A stretch of DNA of 64,000 nt, taken from Oscillospiraceae bacterium. Its GTDB lineage: Bacteria; Bacillota; Clostridia; Oscillospirales; UBA929. The notes beneath the pieces are model-generated. The model made no database searches. It was given only the letters and a program-made list of their open reading frames with translations, and was not told where the DNA came from. The stretch covers positions 9,036 to 73,035 of the forward strand of contig WRKO01000007.1 of NCBI GenBank assembly GCA_009782215.1, written 5' to 3'. Positions within the stretch are counted from its first letter, which is position 1. The number at the start of each line of letters is the position of its first letter. The position numbers were made by a program, and so were the translations under genes. Positions 49,208 to 59,274 of this stretch are shown here, piece after piece.

Positions 49208-49691
49208 AATACACTGCGTCATCAATATAGAATAATGGGTCGCCGTTTTCCTCAAAACCACTTTGTTGCATACCAATCTTTGTCATAACCTTAAAAGATG
49301 CTATGTTATTCTTATCGCATCCCCCGTTTATGAACTTTACATGAGCCTCATTAAATGCGTAGGACAGTAATTTTTCAGCGCATTGTGTGGCATATCCTCT
49401 GTTTCTATATTCCTCGTCTACTAAGAAAAAAATGTGAAGGCGGCCGTCAGTTTTTCCGTCAAGCCCACACCAGCCTATAATTTCATTCTTACCTTTTTCA
49501 AAAACGGCAAGGCATAGATGGTATATGTAACCTGTTTTGTTATATTTGTGATTATCTTGCATATACTCAATGGCTTTTTGAGCTTCTGCCACAGAAACAG
49601 CACCCTTTTCAAATTCCCACATCCGTGCTACTTCATCAATATCGCTATCCTTAACGGTTCTCAATAATAAGTCTTTGGTAAACAGCTCCAT
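49197..49691 (-). CDS. GNAT (RimJ/RimL-type) acetyltransferase
   Basis: IIGWCG, YRNRGYAT, NIASFKVMTKIGM; start moved to ATG 49691; AT-rich. Confidence 0.85.
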   Translation of the reverse strand: MELFTKDLLLRTVKDSDIDEVARMWEFEKGAVSVAEAQKAIEYMQDNHKYNKTGYIYHLCLAVFEKGKNEIIGWCGLDGKTDGRLHIFFLVDEEYRNRGYATQCAEKLLSYAFNEAHVKFINGGCDKNNIASFKVMTKIGMQQSGFEENGDPLFYIDDAVYFTL

Positions 49692-49732
49692 ATGTGTAAC
49701 CCCCAATAAAATATATTGAAAACCCTTACGAC

Positions 49733-51565
49733 TCAGTTCCAATCCTTATGAATCAGTTTCTGCCGTATGACCACAAGAGTGCCTTCGCCCGGGGCGGACT
49801 CTACGCTTACACCGTATCCTTCGCCGAATACCAGCTTGATTCGCCTGTCTACATTGCACAGGCCGATATGGCTGTTTTCTTGAATATGGCTCTGCTTCAG
49901 GCGTCCCTGAAGCGCTTCTAGGGTATCGGCTGCGATTCCCGCGCCATTGTCACGGATTAAAATAAGCAGAGCCTTATCCTCCACTCGCGCTTCCAGCGAA
50001 ACAATTTTTTCATCCCCCGTGTCTCCGGTCAGTCCATGCTTGAAGCAATTTTCCAGCACGGGCTGGATAACGAACTTCACCGTGCGGTACTCGGTCAGCG
50101 CCTCATCAATATCCCAATCGACGCGGAAGAGCTCATTATTACGGATATGCTCAATCTCCATATATTTGGCCGCCTGCCGCAGTTCATAAGAGAGGGGGAC
50201 GATGTAATCGGTTGTGTTGAGGTTTGATTTTAGTATCTCGGAGAGGAGGGAAATGACCCGGATGGCGTTGGTGTCCCTCTTCATCTGATTCAAAATATCC
50301 AGATTGGCGATTTGCAGGGTATTTAGAATGAAATGAGGGTTTATTTGATTTTGCAGGGCAATGGCTTGGGCTTTTTTAAGCTCGGTCAGCTTCTCTGCCA
50401 GCTCATGCTCAATGTGTCGGCTGTGGGTGGTCATTCCCGCGATGCTTTCGGCGATATAATGGCCTTCGTCCTCTCCCTTAGGCTTTCCTGAACCGCCGAT
50501 ATAGGAAAAGAAACGGATGGTACTTTGGTATGTTTGGAGAGATATGACAAAAGCCAGAACAAATGCCGCGAGTAGGCCAATCACACTGCTCCACAGCGCA
50601 AACGCGAGAAAATCACCTTGGAAGGCAGCTATATCAGCCGCGTCAACGGCGGAAACAACCCAATAATCACCGCCTGCCGACCATGTGGACGTGATAACCA
50701 CCCCGTCGGCATAAGAGGCGGTGCTTGCCGATTGGGACGCGCCGGCAAAGGCGCCTCCGTATAACGCGTGCTCCTGAATGTTTGTGTTGAGCAGGGAAGG
50801 GTCTGTGGCGTAAAATACCCGCCCTGAGGCGTCCGCCATGCACACGGTTTCGGGTGATTGCTCGAACTCTTGATTGACATAGGAGGCGAACAACTCATAA
50901 TTTATGTTGAACGCAGCCACGCCGAGAGGGTCGTCCGTTTCGCCGATTTCCCTTATCAGCGTAATCACCTGACTGGTGTCGGCGCCGGTTTTGATTTCTC
51001 GGACGGCAAAGGTATGGTTTTGGCGGTAAACATCCATAAATGAGGCGTCAAAGAAGCTGTGGAGAGGACGAAAATCCGTCCAAGACAATACATAGCCGTT
51101 CTTTGCGCAATACACATAGCTTGAGTCCATCGCCGGGGAGAGTACGGTTCCCTTGAATAAGTCGTCGATAACCCGGGTTACGTCCGACCTCAGCAGCCTG
51201 TTACCGCTTTCTGGATTAGCCTCCGTCGCCGGCTGCGCATGGGAATCGGGAAGGGCGGACACTGGCGCGTTGAGCAGTTTTTCAAAGTTTGGCGCGTTTT
51301 CAATCAGGTAGAAAACCTGATTGACGCCGTTGAAAACATAATCAACAAAGCCGCTCGTCTTATACAGGCTATGCTCCTGATACTGCGAAAGGGCGTCTCT
51401 CAGATACATCGCATACAGATTATAGGAAACCGCCCCGTATGCGGCGAAAGCCACCAGCACGGGGGCAACCGCTCCGGCGAAATATTTCAGAAAGGAACTG
51501 CGGAAGTGCCGGTTCTTCAGGAGGGCATACAGCAGCTTGAATTTACGATTCATCGTCTTCATCAC
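49733..51565 (-). CDS. YesM-type sugar-sensing histidine kinase
   Basis: Two TM helices flanking an extracellular domain; QINPHFILNTL, QPVLENCFKHG, DNGAGI, IGLCNV. Confidence 0.92.
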   Translation of the reverse strand: MMKTMNRKFKLLYALLKNRHFRSSFLKYFAGAVAPVLVAFAAYGAVSYNLYAMYLRDALSQYQEHSLYKTSGFVDYVFNGVNQVFYLIENAPNFEKLLNAPVSALPDSHAQPATEANPESGNRLLRSDVTRVIDDLFKGTVLSPAMDSSYVYCAKNGYVLSWTDFRPLHSFFDASFMDVYRQNHTFAVREIKTGADTSQVITLIREIGETDDPLGVAAFNINYELFASYVNQEFEQSPETVCMADASGRVFYATDPSLLNTNIQEHALYGGAFAGASQSASTASYADGVVITSTWSAGGDYWVVSAVDAADIAAFQGDFLAFALWSSVIGLLAAFVLAFVISLQTYQSTIRFFSYIGGSGKPKGEDEGHYIAESIAGMTTHSRHIEHELAEKLTELKKAQAIALQNQINPHFILNTLQIANLDILNQMKRDTNAIRVISLLSEILKSNLNTTDYIVPLSYELRQAAKYMEIEHIRNNELFRVDWDIDEALTEYRTVKFVIQPVLENCFKHGLTGDTGDEKIVSLEARVEDKALLILIRDNGAGIAADTLEALQGRLKQSHIQENSHIGLCNVDRRIKLVFGEGYGVSVESAPGEGTLVVIRQKLIHKDWN

Positions 51566-52322
51566 GAACTTTCAATACCTCGTTCCGATACTCCACAGGG
51601 GTACGCCCGGTGTGCTGGCGGAAACGCTTATAAAAATTCTGCTTGCTGAAATACCCTACTTTGGTGCAAATCTCGAAGATGCGGTAGCGGGGATTCCGCA
51701 AGTATTCAATCGCCTTCTCCATTCTGCGCTCGGCCAGATAGTCGGCAAAATGCACCCCTGTGTGGCGTTTGAAAAACCGGCTGAAGTATGCCGAATTCAT
51801 AGAAACCAAATCTGCCACACTCTCTAGGGTGATGTCTTCACCCACATGCTTCTCAATGTGTCGCCGCACCAGCGCAATCCGATAGTCGCCTATCTCCTCC
51901 TCGTGGGCGGCGGAGGGTTTTGACGCGGTGTCCGCGGCGTTTTTTGCGTCCAGCATTCGCTTCAGACGGGCAAAACAAGTGGCGACACTCTCGTGCGTTA
52001 CAGGCTTTAGCAGATAGTCGTACGCGCTGATCCGCAGGGCTGTCTGGGCATATTCAAAGTCGCTGTGCGCGCTGAGGATGACAACAGCGATGTGAGGGTG
52101 TATTTTCTGCGCTTCCGCAGCCAACTCCAAGCCGGATTCCCCGCTTCCCAACTGGATGTCCGCAAGCAGGACGTCAACGGGCCGCTCGCGCAGATACGCC
52201 AGCGCGGCGTCTGTGTCGGCAAAGCTGTCTTTTAAGTCGAAGCCCATGTCGCTCCAGCGGAAGACGCTCCCCAGCAACTCCCGTATATAGGACTCGTCGT
52301 CAACAATAACCAAAGAATACAC
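51543..52322 (-). CDS. YesN-type response regulator (receiver + AraC HTH)
   Basis: IVDDE, ADIQL, YLLKP, YFSRFFK, VGY...F; GTG start 52322 after AGGAGG. Confidence 0.92.
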   Translation of the reverse strand: MYSLVIVDDESYIRELLGSVFRWSDMGFDLKDSFADTDAALAYLRERPVDVLLADIQLGSGESGLELAAEAQKIHPHIAVVILSAHSDFEYAQTALRISAYDYLLKPVTHESVATCFARLKRMLDAKNAADTASKPSAAHEEEIGDYRIALVRRHIEKHVGEDITLESVADLVSMNSAYFSRFFKRHTGVHFADYLAERRMEKAIEYLRNPRYRIFEICTKVGYFSKQNFYKRFRQHTGRTPVEYRNEVLKVRDEDDES

Positions 52323-52396
52323 CGTCGCCACCTCCTTATAGCCTCCCATCTTAACTATAAGTCTTCTGGTTGCCGTTGGCAAGGAATAATTGCCGA

Positions 52397-52464
52397 AAAG
52401 TATAAAAAAGGAACTAAAGGTAAAGGGACAGACATTTACATGGAGTCCAAAATCCTGTTATAAT
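52397..52464 (+). promoter_or_regulatory. candidate activator site plus promoter of the ABC operon
   Basis: AAAGTATAAAAAAGGAACTAAAGGTAAA, then TTTACA (52435-52440) and TGT-TATAAT (52459-52464). Confidence 0.65.
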
Positions 52465-52534
52465 TTACGAGCAGAGTGTCTGTAGCCTTTCATCTATTGT
52501 TCGATTTGTCTGATATAATCAAGGCGGTGAGCAT

Positions 52535-53488
52535 ATGGCGCAAAAACAAGAACTCCTCGGCATTCCGGCTCGGCCAAAAAGCCCCTTCTGGAAACAGAAA
52601 GGATTCCATCTTTTTTTAATGCTTCTGCCCTTTGTTTTCCTAATCTTCCTCCTTAACTATCTGCCGCTGTACAGTTGGAGACTCGCCTTCTACGATTTCA
52701 AGTGGGGACGCCCGGACGAGCTAAACACCTTTGTGGGGCTGGATGTGTTCCGCAGCCTAATCAACAACCAGTATCAATTCGAGGAGCTGATGCAGGCGCT
52801 TAAAAACACCTTCGGCATGAGCGGTCTCCATGTCCTCACCCTGCCTCTGCCCATGTTTTTCGCAATCTTCCTCCATGAGCTGCGCGGCCCTTTCCGCAAA
52901 ACGGTTCAGACGCTCACCACCATCCCCAACTTCATAAGCTGGGTTTTGGTATTCTCGGTAGCCTGCGCGGCGTTTACGGTAGACGACGGCTTTGTCAACC
53001 GAATGCTGATTCATTTCGGAATCCGGGACACCGGCATAGCTTTCCTTCAATCAGAAAACAATGTCTGGATGACGATGATTGCTTGGAATCTTTGGAAAAC
53101 CATGGGCTGGAGCGCCATCATGTATTTCGCTTCCATGACCAATATTGACCCCGAACTCTATGACGCCGCCAATGTTGACGGCGCCGGGCGCTGGGCGCGT
53201 ATCCGTCACATTACCATACCCTGTTTGATTCCCACCCTCTTCGTCCTTCTCGTCCTCAATATCGCAAATTTTGTAAACTGGGGATTGGAGCAGCCGTTGG
53301 TCTTTATGAACCAAATGAACAAACCCCACATTCAGACACTGGACGTCTTTCTGGTGACTCAGGGAATTACGGGGCGCAACCCGGCCACGGCTATGGCCGT
53401 CGGTATCCTCAAAACCTTTGTGTGCCTTGTGCTGGTCTTTGGGGCAAACAAACTTTCAAAGGTTGTCCGTAAAGAGTCGGTATTTTAA
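52535..53488 (+). CDS. carbohydrate ABC permease (LplB/YteP-like)
   Basis: PNFISWV, WKTMGWSAIMY, LYDAANVDGA. Confidence 0.92.
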   Translation: MAQKQELLGIPARPKSPFWKQKGFHLFLMLLPFVFLIFLLNYLPLYSWRLAFYDFKWGRPDELNTFVGLDVFRSLINNQYQFEELMQALKNTFGMSGLHVLTLPLPMFFAIFLHELRGPFRKTVQTLTTIPNFISWVLVFSVACAAFTVDDGFVNRMLIHFGIRDTGIAFLQSENNVWMTMIAWNLWKTMGWSAIMYFASMTNIDPELYDAANVDGAGRWARIRHITIPCLIPTLFVLLVLNIANFVNWGLEQPLVFMNQMNKPHIQTLDVFLVTQGITGRNPATAMAVGILKTFVCLVLVFGANKLSKVVRKESVF

Positions 53489-53506
53489 GGAAGGGGGAAT
53501 CGCCGC

Positions 53507-54388
53507 ATGTTAAAGCAAAAGATGGCGGCAAAGGATGCTGCTTTCTACAGCGTGTCTTATTTGATATTCGGGCTGTTCACCCTGCTGTGTATATTCCCCT
53601 TCTATTACATATTCATCAACTCCATCAGCGGAAACGACCTCTCCCGCTTCGGGCAGATTCTCTTCTACCCCAAAGATATTCACTTCGGCAATTACATAGA
53701 AATCCTCAAGCTGCGCGGTCTGGGGCAGGCCGCGTGGGTCTCGGTAGCACGCACCGTCGTCGGCACTGTGAGTTGCGTACTCTGCACCGCGTTTGTGGCG
53801 TTCATTCTCAGCCGTAAGGAGCTGATGTTCCGCAAAGCACTTTACCGCTACTTCATCGTCACCATGTACCTCAACGTGGGCATCATCGCGTGGTATATCA
53901 ACATGAACATGCTCGGTCTGACCAACAACTTCTTGGCCTATGTCATCGGCGTGGTCAATCCCTTCAATCTGGTTCTAGCGAAAACCTTCATTGAAAGCCT
54001 CCCTACCCCGGTTTTTGAGTCGGCCGAAATCGACGGCGCGGGAACGATGACGGTGTTCGTCAGGCTGATTATCCCCCTCTCCAAGCCCATCCTCGCCACC
54101 ACGGCGGTTTTCACTGCGGTCAACCAATGGAACGCGTTTATGGACACCTACATCCTGATGACCGATTCCAAGCTCTATACCCTCCAATACATGCTTTATG
54201 AGTTCTTAAACAAAAACAAGTTCCCCCCCATAGATACCAGCGGCATCTTTGACCCCAGCAGGGTGATGACCTCCACTTCAATGAAGATGACCATATCCAT
54301 GGTGGTTGTGCTGCCCATACTTTTCGTGTACCCGTTTTTCCAGCGGTATTTCGTCAAAGGCATCTTGTTAGGCGCAGTGAAGGGATAA
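53507..54388 (+). CDS. carbohydrate ABC permease (LplC/YtcP-like)
   Basis: ESAEIDGA, PLSKP, YPFFQRYFVKGILLGAVKG. Confidence 0.93.
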   Translation: MLKQKMAAKDAAFYSVSYLIFGLFTLLCIFPFYYIFINSISGNDLSRFGQILFYPKDIHFGNYIEILKLRGLGQAAWVSVARTVVGTVSCVLCTAFVAFILSRKELMFRKALYRYFIVTMYLNVGIIAWYINMNMLGLTNNFLAYVIGVVNPFNLVLAKTFIESLPTPVFESAEIDGAGTMTVFVRLIIPLSKPILATTAVFTAVNQWNAFMDTYILMTDSKLYTLQYMLYEFLNKNKFPPIDTSGIFDPSRVMTSTSMKMTISMVVVLPILFVYPFFQRYFVKGILLGAVKG

Positions 54389-54428
54389 CGCCCTTTACGA
54401 TAAAAACCAAAATATAGGAGGTAGCCCC

Positions 54429-56195
54429 ATGAAAAAGACACTGTCCTTCATTCTCGCGGCTCTGATGTTGCTTGCCCTAGCCGCCGGATGCGCATCCGAC
54501 TCTCCGTCCGGTAACGGCGGCGGAAACACCGACCCCAGCACCGACCCCGGCGGCTCCAACACTGACCCCAATACCAACGGCGGCACTAGCGACCCCGCAG
54601 ACGAACTGGTGACCCTGCAGCTCTTCTCCATGGCCAGCAACGATTCCGGCCTGCAAGACCGCTCCTACTGGGCTGAAATTCTCAAAGAAGATTTGAACAT
54701 TCAGTTGGAGATGCTGCCCGCCGGCGATGACGCCGCCGACAAACTCCTTGCCCTCATGGCTTCGGGAAGCCTTCCCGACATCGTTGTCTTCAAAGACGAC
54801 CTGACCTATCTCACCGACGCCATCGAAGCCAATTTCCTCATCAACTTGGACGAGCATCTGGATAAACTTCCCAATGTCACCGCCAATGCCGACGGCGCCC
54901 TTCAGTTTATCCGCGATTTCGCCTCCAGAGATACCGGCAATGCCTACGCCGTCCCGCTGGGCGTGAGCAACCAATACAACAAAATGGGCAGCGTTGTCGG
55001 CCCCTATGTGCGCTGGGATTTGTACAAAGAGCTGAACAGCCCCAAACTGGCGGATATTGAAGACTACATCCCCCTTCTCAAGCAGATGGTCGACCTAGAA
55101 CCCACCACCCCCGAAGGACAGAGAACCTACGGCATCTCCCTCTTCAGCGACTGGGATGGAGTTGTTCCGTGGCAAGTGCGCATCCTCTGCGAAATGTACG
55201 GCGTGACCCAAGATGGTTTGGCTTCTATTGAGTACAACGTCAACACCGGAACCCTCACCTCGATTTTTGATGATTCCAGCTACTTCAAGCGCATCCTGAA
55301 GTTCCTTTTCGATGCCAATCAGGAGGGCATCCTCGACCCCGATATCGTCACCAACTCTTGGGGTGACTACTGGGATAAAGCCAGCGCCGGGCGGATGATG
55401 TTCTCCTACTTCGACTGGACTGTGGGTACCTACGATACCACCGAGAAGAAGGAAGCGGGCAACACGTACAAAGGCGTCTTCTTTGACAACCAGAGAAAAA
55501 TCATCAACGCGCCCCCATACGTGGGCGGCGACGGCGGAAGCTGGTGGATTGCCGTCAGCTCCTCCACGCAAAATCTAGATAAAGCTCTTGCCTATGTGAA
55601 CTATATGTTTGACCACGACGGCCTGTGGAGACTGGCTTGGGGTGAGCAGGGCATCGCTTGGGATCTCGGCTCCGACGGCAAACCCTACCGTACCCCCCTT
55701 GGCTGGGAGATGAGAAACGATAGCCTGCCTTTCGCCAATGGCGGCCTAATTGCTGAAGGCATCAATATCCCCGCCACCCGCGGCCTGACTTGGTCTACCA
55801 TTCATCCGAAATTCGGCGCCCGTATGGATGAGCTTGACTGGACTCGCGGCTCCGGCGCTCCTGAGGAATTCGCCGTTGACGTGGAATGGCGGACGGTTAT
55901 GAACGCCCTCGACGACATTGATTACGGTTACAAGAACGGTCTTATCGCTGAAAAACCCTTTATCCTTCCTATGGCTCCGATGCCTGACGAGGTTAAAGCC
56001 ATCGCCGACCAAGTTGAAGCCGAAAGCAAAGCGTATGTCTACAGAATCATCCTAGCCAACAACGAAGAGACCTTCAACAGCCTGTGGGACGAACTGGTGA
56101 CCAGAACCGCCGGTATGGGCGTGGCAACTGTGGAAGACTGGGTGAGGGACAGCTTTAATACCGCCAAGAACCAAGGATCCCAATACGCAAGATAA
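54429..56195 (+). CDS. carbohydrate ABC substrate-binding lipoprotein
   Basis: Lipobox AAGC; NTDP-repeat linker; MASGSLPDI; follows two permeases. Confidence 0.88.
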   Translation: MKKTLSFILAALMLLALAAGCASDSPSGNGGGNTDPSTDPGGSNTDPNTNGGTSDPADELVTLQLFSMASNDSGLQDRSYWAEILKEDLNIQLEMLPAGDDAADKLLALMASGSLPDIVVFKDDLTYLTDAIEANFLINLDEHLDKLPNVTANADGALQFIRDFASRDTGNAYAVPLGVSNQYNKMGSVVGPYVRWDLYKELNSPKLADIEDYIPLLKQMVDLEPTTPEGQRTYGISLFSDWDGVVPWQVRILCEMYGVTQDGLASIEYNVNTGTLTSIFDDSSYFKRILKFLFDANQEGILDPDIVTNSWGDYWDKASAGRMMFSYFDWTVGTYDTTEKKEAGNTYKGVFFDNQRKIINAPPYVGGDGGSWWIAVSSSTQNLDKALAYVNYMFDHDGLWRLAWGEQGIAWDLGSDGKPYRTPLGWEMRNDSLPFANGGLIAEGINIPATRGLTWSTIHPKFGARMDELDWTRGSGAPEEFAVDVEWRTVMNALDDIDYGYKNGLIAEKPFILPMAPMPDEVKAIADQVEAESKAYVYRIILANNEETFNSLWDELVTRTAGMGVATVEDWVRDSFNTAKNQGSQYAR

Positions 56196-56221
56196 CCTTT
56201 TCAAAAACGATTAAACGGATT

Positions 56222-56257
56222 GTATCGGTTCTCCCTGTCTTATGGGAGAGCCGATAC
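56222..56257 (+). other. intercistronic stem-loop after the substrate-binding protein gene
   Basis: GTATCGGTTCTCCC...GGGAGAGCCGATAC with no U-tract. Confidence 0.7.
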
Positions 56258-56276
56258 CCTAAGAGGGGATGTCTTG

Positions 56277-59273
56277 ATGCTTAGACCGTGGAACGACCCT
56301 GCCGTAACCTCCATCCGCCGCACCCCGGATCACTCTCCTTGGGGAGCATATGAAAACCCAAAACAGGCGGCGGCACGGGAGCCATCCCGCTGGATACGGT
56401 CGTTGGACGGGCGTTATGCGTTCTCCCTTGTAAACAGTCCCGCCGCCGGCGGCGACTTTTACCGGACGGATTTTGACGATTCCGCCTTTGCTGAGATTGC
56501 CGTTCCCGGATGCTGGGAGCTACAAGGCTTTGGCACACCGATTTACACCAATGTTCCCTACCCGTGGGCGCAAGACCATCAGCCGCCGCTGCCTCCCGAA
56601 GAAAACCCCACCGGCCTTTACCGCCGCTGGTTTGATGTAGCGAACGACTTTTTAACCAGAGACGTTTTTCTGAGATTTGAGGGCGTAGAGACGGCTTTTC
56701 AGCTTTGGATCAATGGGGAGTTCGCAGGATACTCTGAGGACTCCAAGCTGCCCTGTGAATTTGAGATAGGTATATTTTTGAAGCCGGGGCGCAATTTGTT
56801 AGCAATTCAGGTCATGCGCTTTGCAACCTCTTCGTGGCTTGAGGATCAGGATTATTGGCATATATCCGGCATTCATCGCAGCGTTTTCCTTATTGCCAAG
56901 CCAAAACTGCGTCTCCATGATTGGAAGATTACGGCACTGCCAATCATGGCGGGGCAGGCGGGACACCTTGAGGTGGACATAACGATTAACCGCGTTCCCG
57001 GCTTTGCTGGCTGCCGGGTAAACGTATCTCTTTTAGACAGAGACGGACGGATTGCGGGAGAAGGGGAAGCCCTAGTCGCCGCCCAAAATGCTTTTGCGCT
57101 GAAGGACGGCGTGATGGCCGGTATGGCGCGGGTGTCGTTCCCTGTTGAGAATGTAACCCTATGGACACCGGAAAACCCCACCCTGTATACGGCTGTCCTA
57201 ACACTTTTGGACGCGGATAGGCGAGAGATAGACTTTGAGAGTTGCCGCGTCGGGTTTAAGTCGATTGAGATTCAAAACGGTGTGGTGCTGCTCAATGGGA
57301 AACGGCTGATTGTGCGGGGCGTTAACCGCCACGAACACGGCCCTGAAGGCCGAAGGGTTTCCCGGGAGCGAATGCGGGAGGAAATCCGGCAGATGAAGCG
57401 CCTCCACATCAACGCCGTACGCACCAGCCACTATCCAAGCTCACCCGCTTTTTACGACCTGTGCGACGAACTGGGGTTGCTGGTTCTCTGTGAGTGCAAC
57501 ATCGAGACCCACGGGCTGGGCGCCCTCCTATCGACCGACCCGTCATGGTCTTCCGCCTTTTTGGAGCGGGCGGTGCGGATGGCCTGTCAGTTTAAGAACC
57601 ATGTCTCGATTTACGGATGGTCTTTGGGTAATGAAAGCGGTTACGGAGCCAATCAGGCGGCGATGTACGGCTGGCTGAAGGAATACGACAAGACCCGCCT
57701 CTGCCAATATGAAAACGCCCTGCCGGGGCCAAATATTTCCGATGTGCGGGGGCTGATGTACGCCACGGAAAAGACCATTCTGTCCATGCTGACCGACCCG
57801 GAGGACACCCGGCCCGTAATCCTGATAGAGGTTCTCTACCAAATTGCCAACAGCGGCGGCGGGGCGGCTCTTTTCCGGCACTTGACCGAGACGTATGCCC
57901 GCTTTCAAGGGGGCTTTGTATGGGATTGGATGGACAAAACCCTGCCCGCCAAAACGCCGGACGGCATCTCCTTTGACGGCTATGGCGGGAGCTTCGGCGA
58001 AGAGATTGTCAACGATGTACCCTATATGTGTTGTAACGGAATCCTTCTCCCCGACTTGATTTGGAAGCCCGTTGCCTATGAGCTTCGGGCTGTATACGCT
58101 CCCTTTCGGATAGAGCGGCGGGACGACGTCTCGACATGGAATACCATTGCGGATTATACCAAATACGCAACGGTTAACCATTGCTTTACAGAGAACTCGA
58201 ATTGTTTTGACGGGGAATGGATTCTAAAGGAAAACGGCTTGGAAATTGCCCGGGGAGCTTTAGAGCTGCCGCATACGCCGCCCGGAGAGGAGCGGGAGTT
58301 TACCCTCTCGCCGCCTTATGAGAAGAAGCCGGGGTGTGAATACCATCTGGACTTTGAGCTGCGGCGCAAAAACCCTGCGTGGTATGAAGAAAAGGGAGAC
58401 CTGATTTCCGCCGCGCAATATCCGCTGCCGGGAGGCGTGTATGCGCCCAAAAAATTTCCCCCCGCGGACTTCAGGGTGGTATTTGACCGGGAGAAAGGCT
58501 TGCTGGAGGGACTGTATGTTGGCGGGAGCCGCCTGCTTTGGGGCGGAGAACCCCGTTTTGACAGGCCTGTTACCGGGCTGGATTGCCAAAAGGACTGGGG
58601 CTGGCATCATGAAACGGCTCCGCTGGCCGCAGCGAAGGCCACGCTGCTATCAGCTAAAACATTCCGCTCGGAAGACGAAGATCTTGTCGTTTTTGATTTT
58701 TCTATGGATGCAGACAAACCCTTGACGGTGCGTGTTGCCTACCGTTTAAGCGCTTCCGGCCTAGAGGTGGAATACAGCGCCGCGGTCGGAGGAGGCTGGC
58801 GCGCCCTTCCCCGCGCCGGTCTGCGCTTTATGGCAGACGAAAGCTTAACTGACATTACATTCTGCGGTTACGGGCCGGGGGAGTGCTATCCCGACCGAAT
58901 GGAATCTGCCCGGCTGGGTGTCTACAAAACCACCGTGGCCGCCCGGCATTTCCCGTTTATCCCGCCTTCGGAGTCGGGAGGCGCCGAAGGGGTGCGCTGG
59001 CTGTCTTTGGGCGGCAAAAACGGGCCGGTCATCCGAGTGGACGGCGGCGCGCCCTTCCACTTTGACGCCCGGCACAACACCACCGAGGAACTTCGCGCCG
59101 CCCGGTATGACCACGAATTGAAGCCCCGGCCGGAAATCATTTTGCACCTAGATGCCGCCCACAGCCCTATTGGAAGCCATATGGCGTGGAGTACCGACAC
59201 CGACAGCCGCGCGATGCTCGGAGACGGCATGTACGCCCACCGCTTTACCATCACAATTACAGGAGGGGAATAG
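56277..59273 (+). CDS. GH2 LacZ-type glycosidase (beta-galactosidase family)
   Basis: PIYTNVPYP, EDQDYW, GVNRHE, RTSHYP, NIETHG, WSLGNES, GGFVWDW; start ATG 56277. Confidence 0.9.
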   Translation: MLRPWNDPAVTSIRRTPDHSPWGAYENPKQAAAREPSRWIRSLDGRYAFSLVNSPAAGGDFYRTDFDDSAFAEIAVPGCWELQGFGTPIYTNVPYPWAQDHQPPLPPEENPTGLYRRWFDVANDFLTRDVFLRFEGVETAFQLWINGEFAGYSEDSKLPCEFEIGIFLKPGRNLLAIQVMRFATSSWLEDQDYWHISGIHRSVFLIAKPKLRLHDWKITALPIMAGQAGHLEVDITINRVPGFAGCRVNVSLLDRDGRIAGEGEALVAAQNAFALKDGVMAGMARVSFPVENVTLWTPENPTLYTAVLTLLDADRREIDFESCRVGFKSIEIQNGVVLLNGKRLIVRGVNRHEHGPEGRRVSRERMREEIRQMKRLHINAVRTSHYPSSPAFYDLCDELGLLVLCECNIETHGLGALLSTDPSWSSAFLERAVRMACQFKNHVSIYGWSLGNESGYGANQAAMYGWLKEYDKTRLCQYENALPGPNISDVRGLMYATEKTILSMLTDPEDTRPVILIEVLYQIANSGGGAALFRHLTETYARFQGGFVWDWMDKTLPAKTPDGISFDGYGGSFGEEIVNDVPYMCCNGILLPDLIWKPVAYELRAVYAPFRIERRDDVSTWNTIADYTKYATVNHCFTENSNCFDGEWILKENGLEIARGALELPHTPPGEEREFTLSPPYEKKPGCEYHLDFELRRKNPAWYEEKGDLISAAQYPLPGGVYAPKKFPPADFRVVFDREKGLLEGLYVGGSRLLWGGEPRFDRPVTGLDCQKDWGWHHETAPLAAAKATLLSAKTFRSEDEDLVVFDFSMDADKPLTVRVAYRLSASGLEVEYSAAVGGGWRALPRAGLRFMADESLTDITFCGYGPGECYPDRMESARLGVYKTTVAARHFPFIPPSESGGAEGVRWLSLGGKNGPVIRVDGGAPFHFDARHNTTEELRAARYDHELKPRPEIILHLDAAHSPIGSHMAWSTDTDSRAMLGDGMYAHRFTITITGGE

Positions 59274-59274
59274 A

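Noticed and set aside
54510-54600. ACCGACCCC repeats
   Set aside because: They encode the NTDP linker after the lipoprotein Cys.
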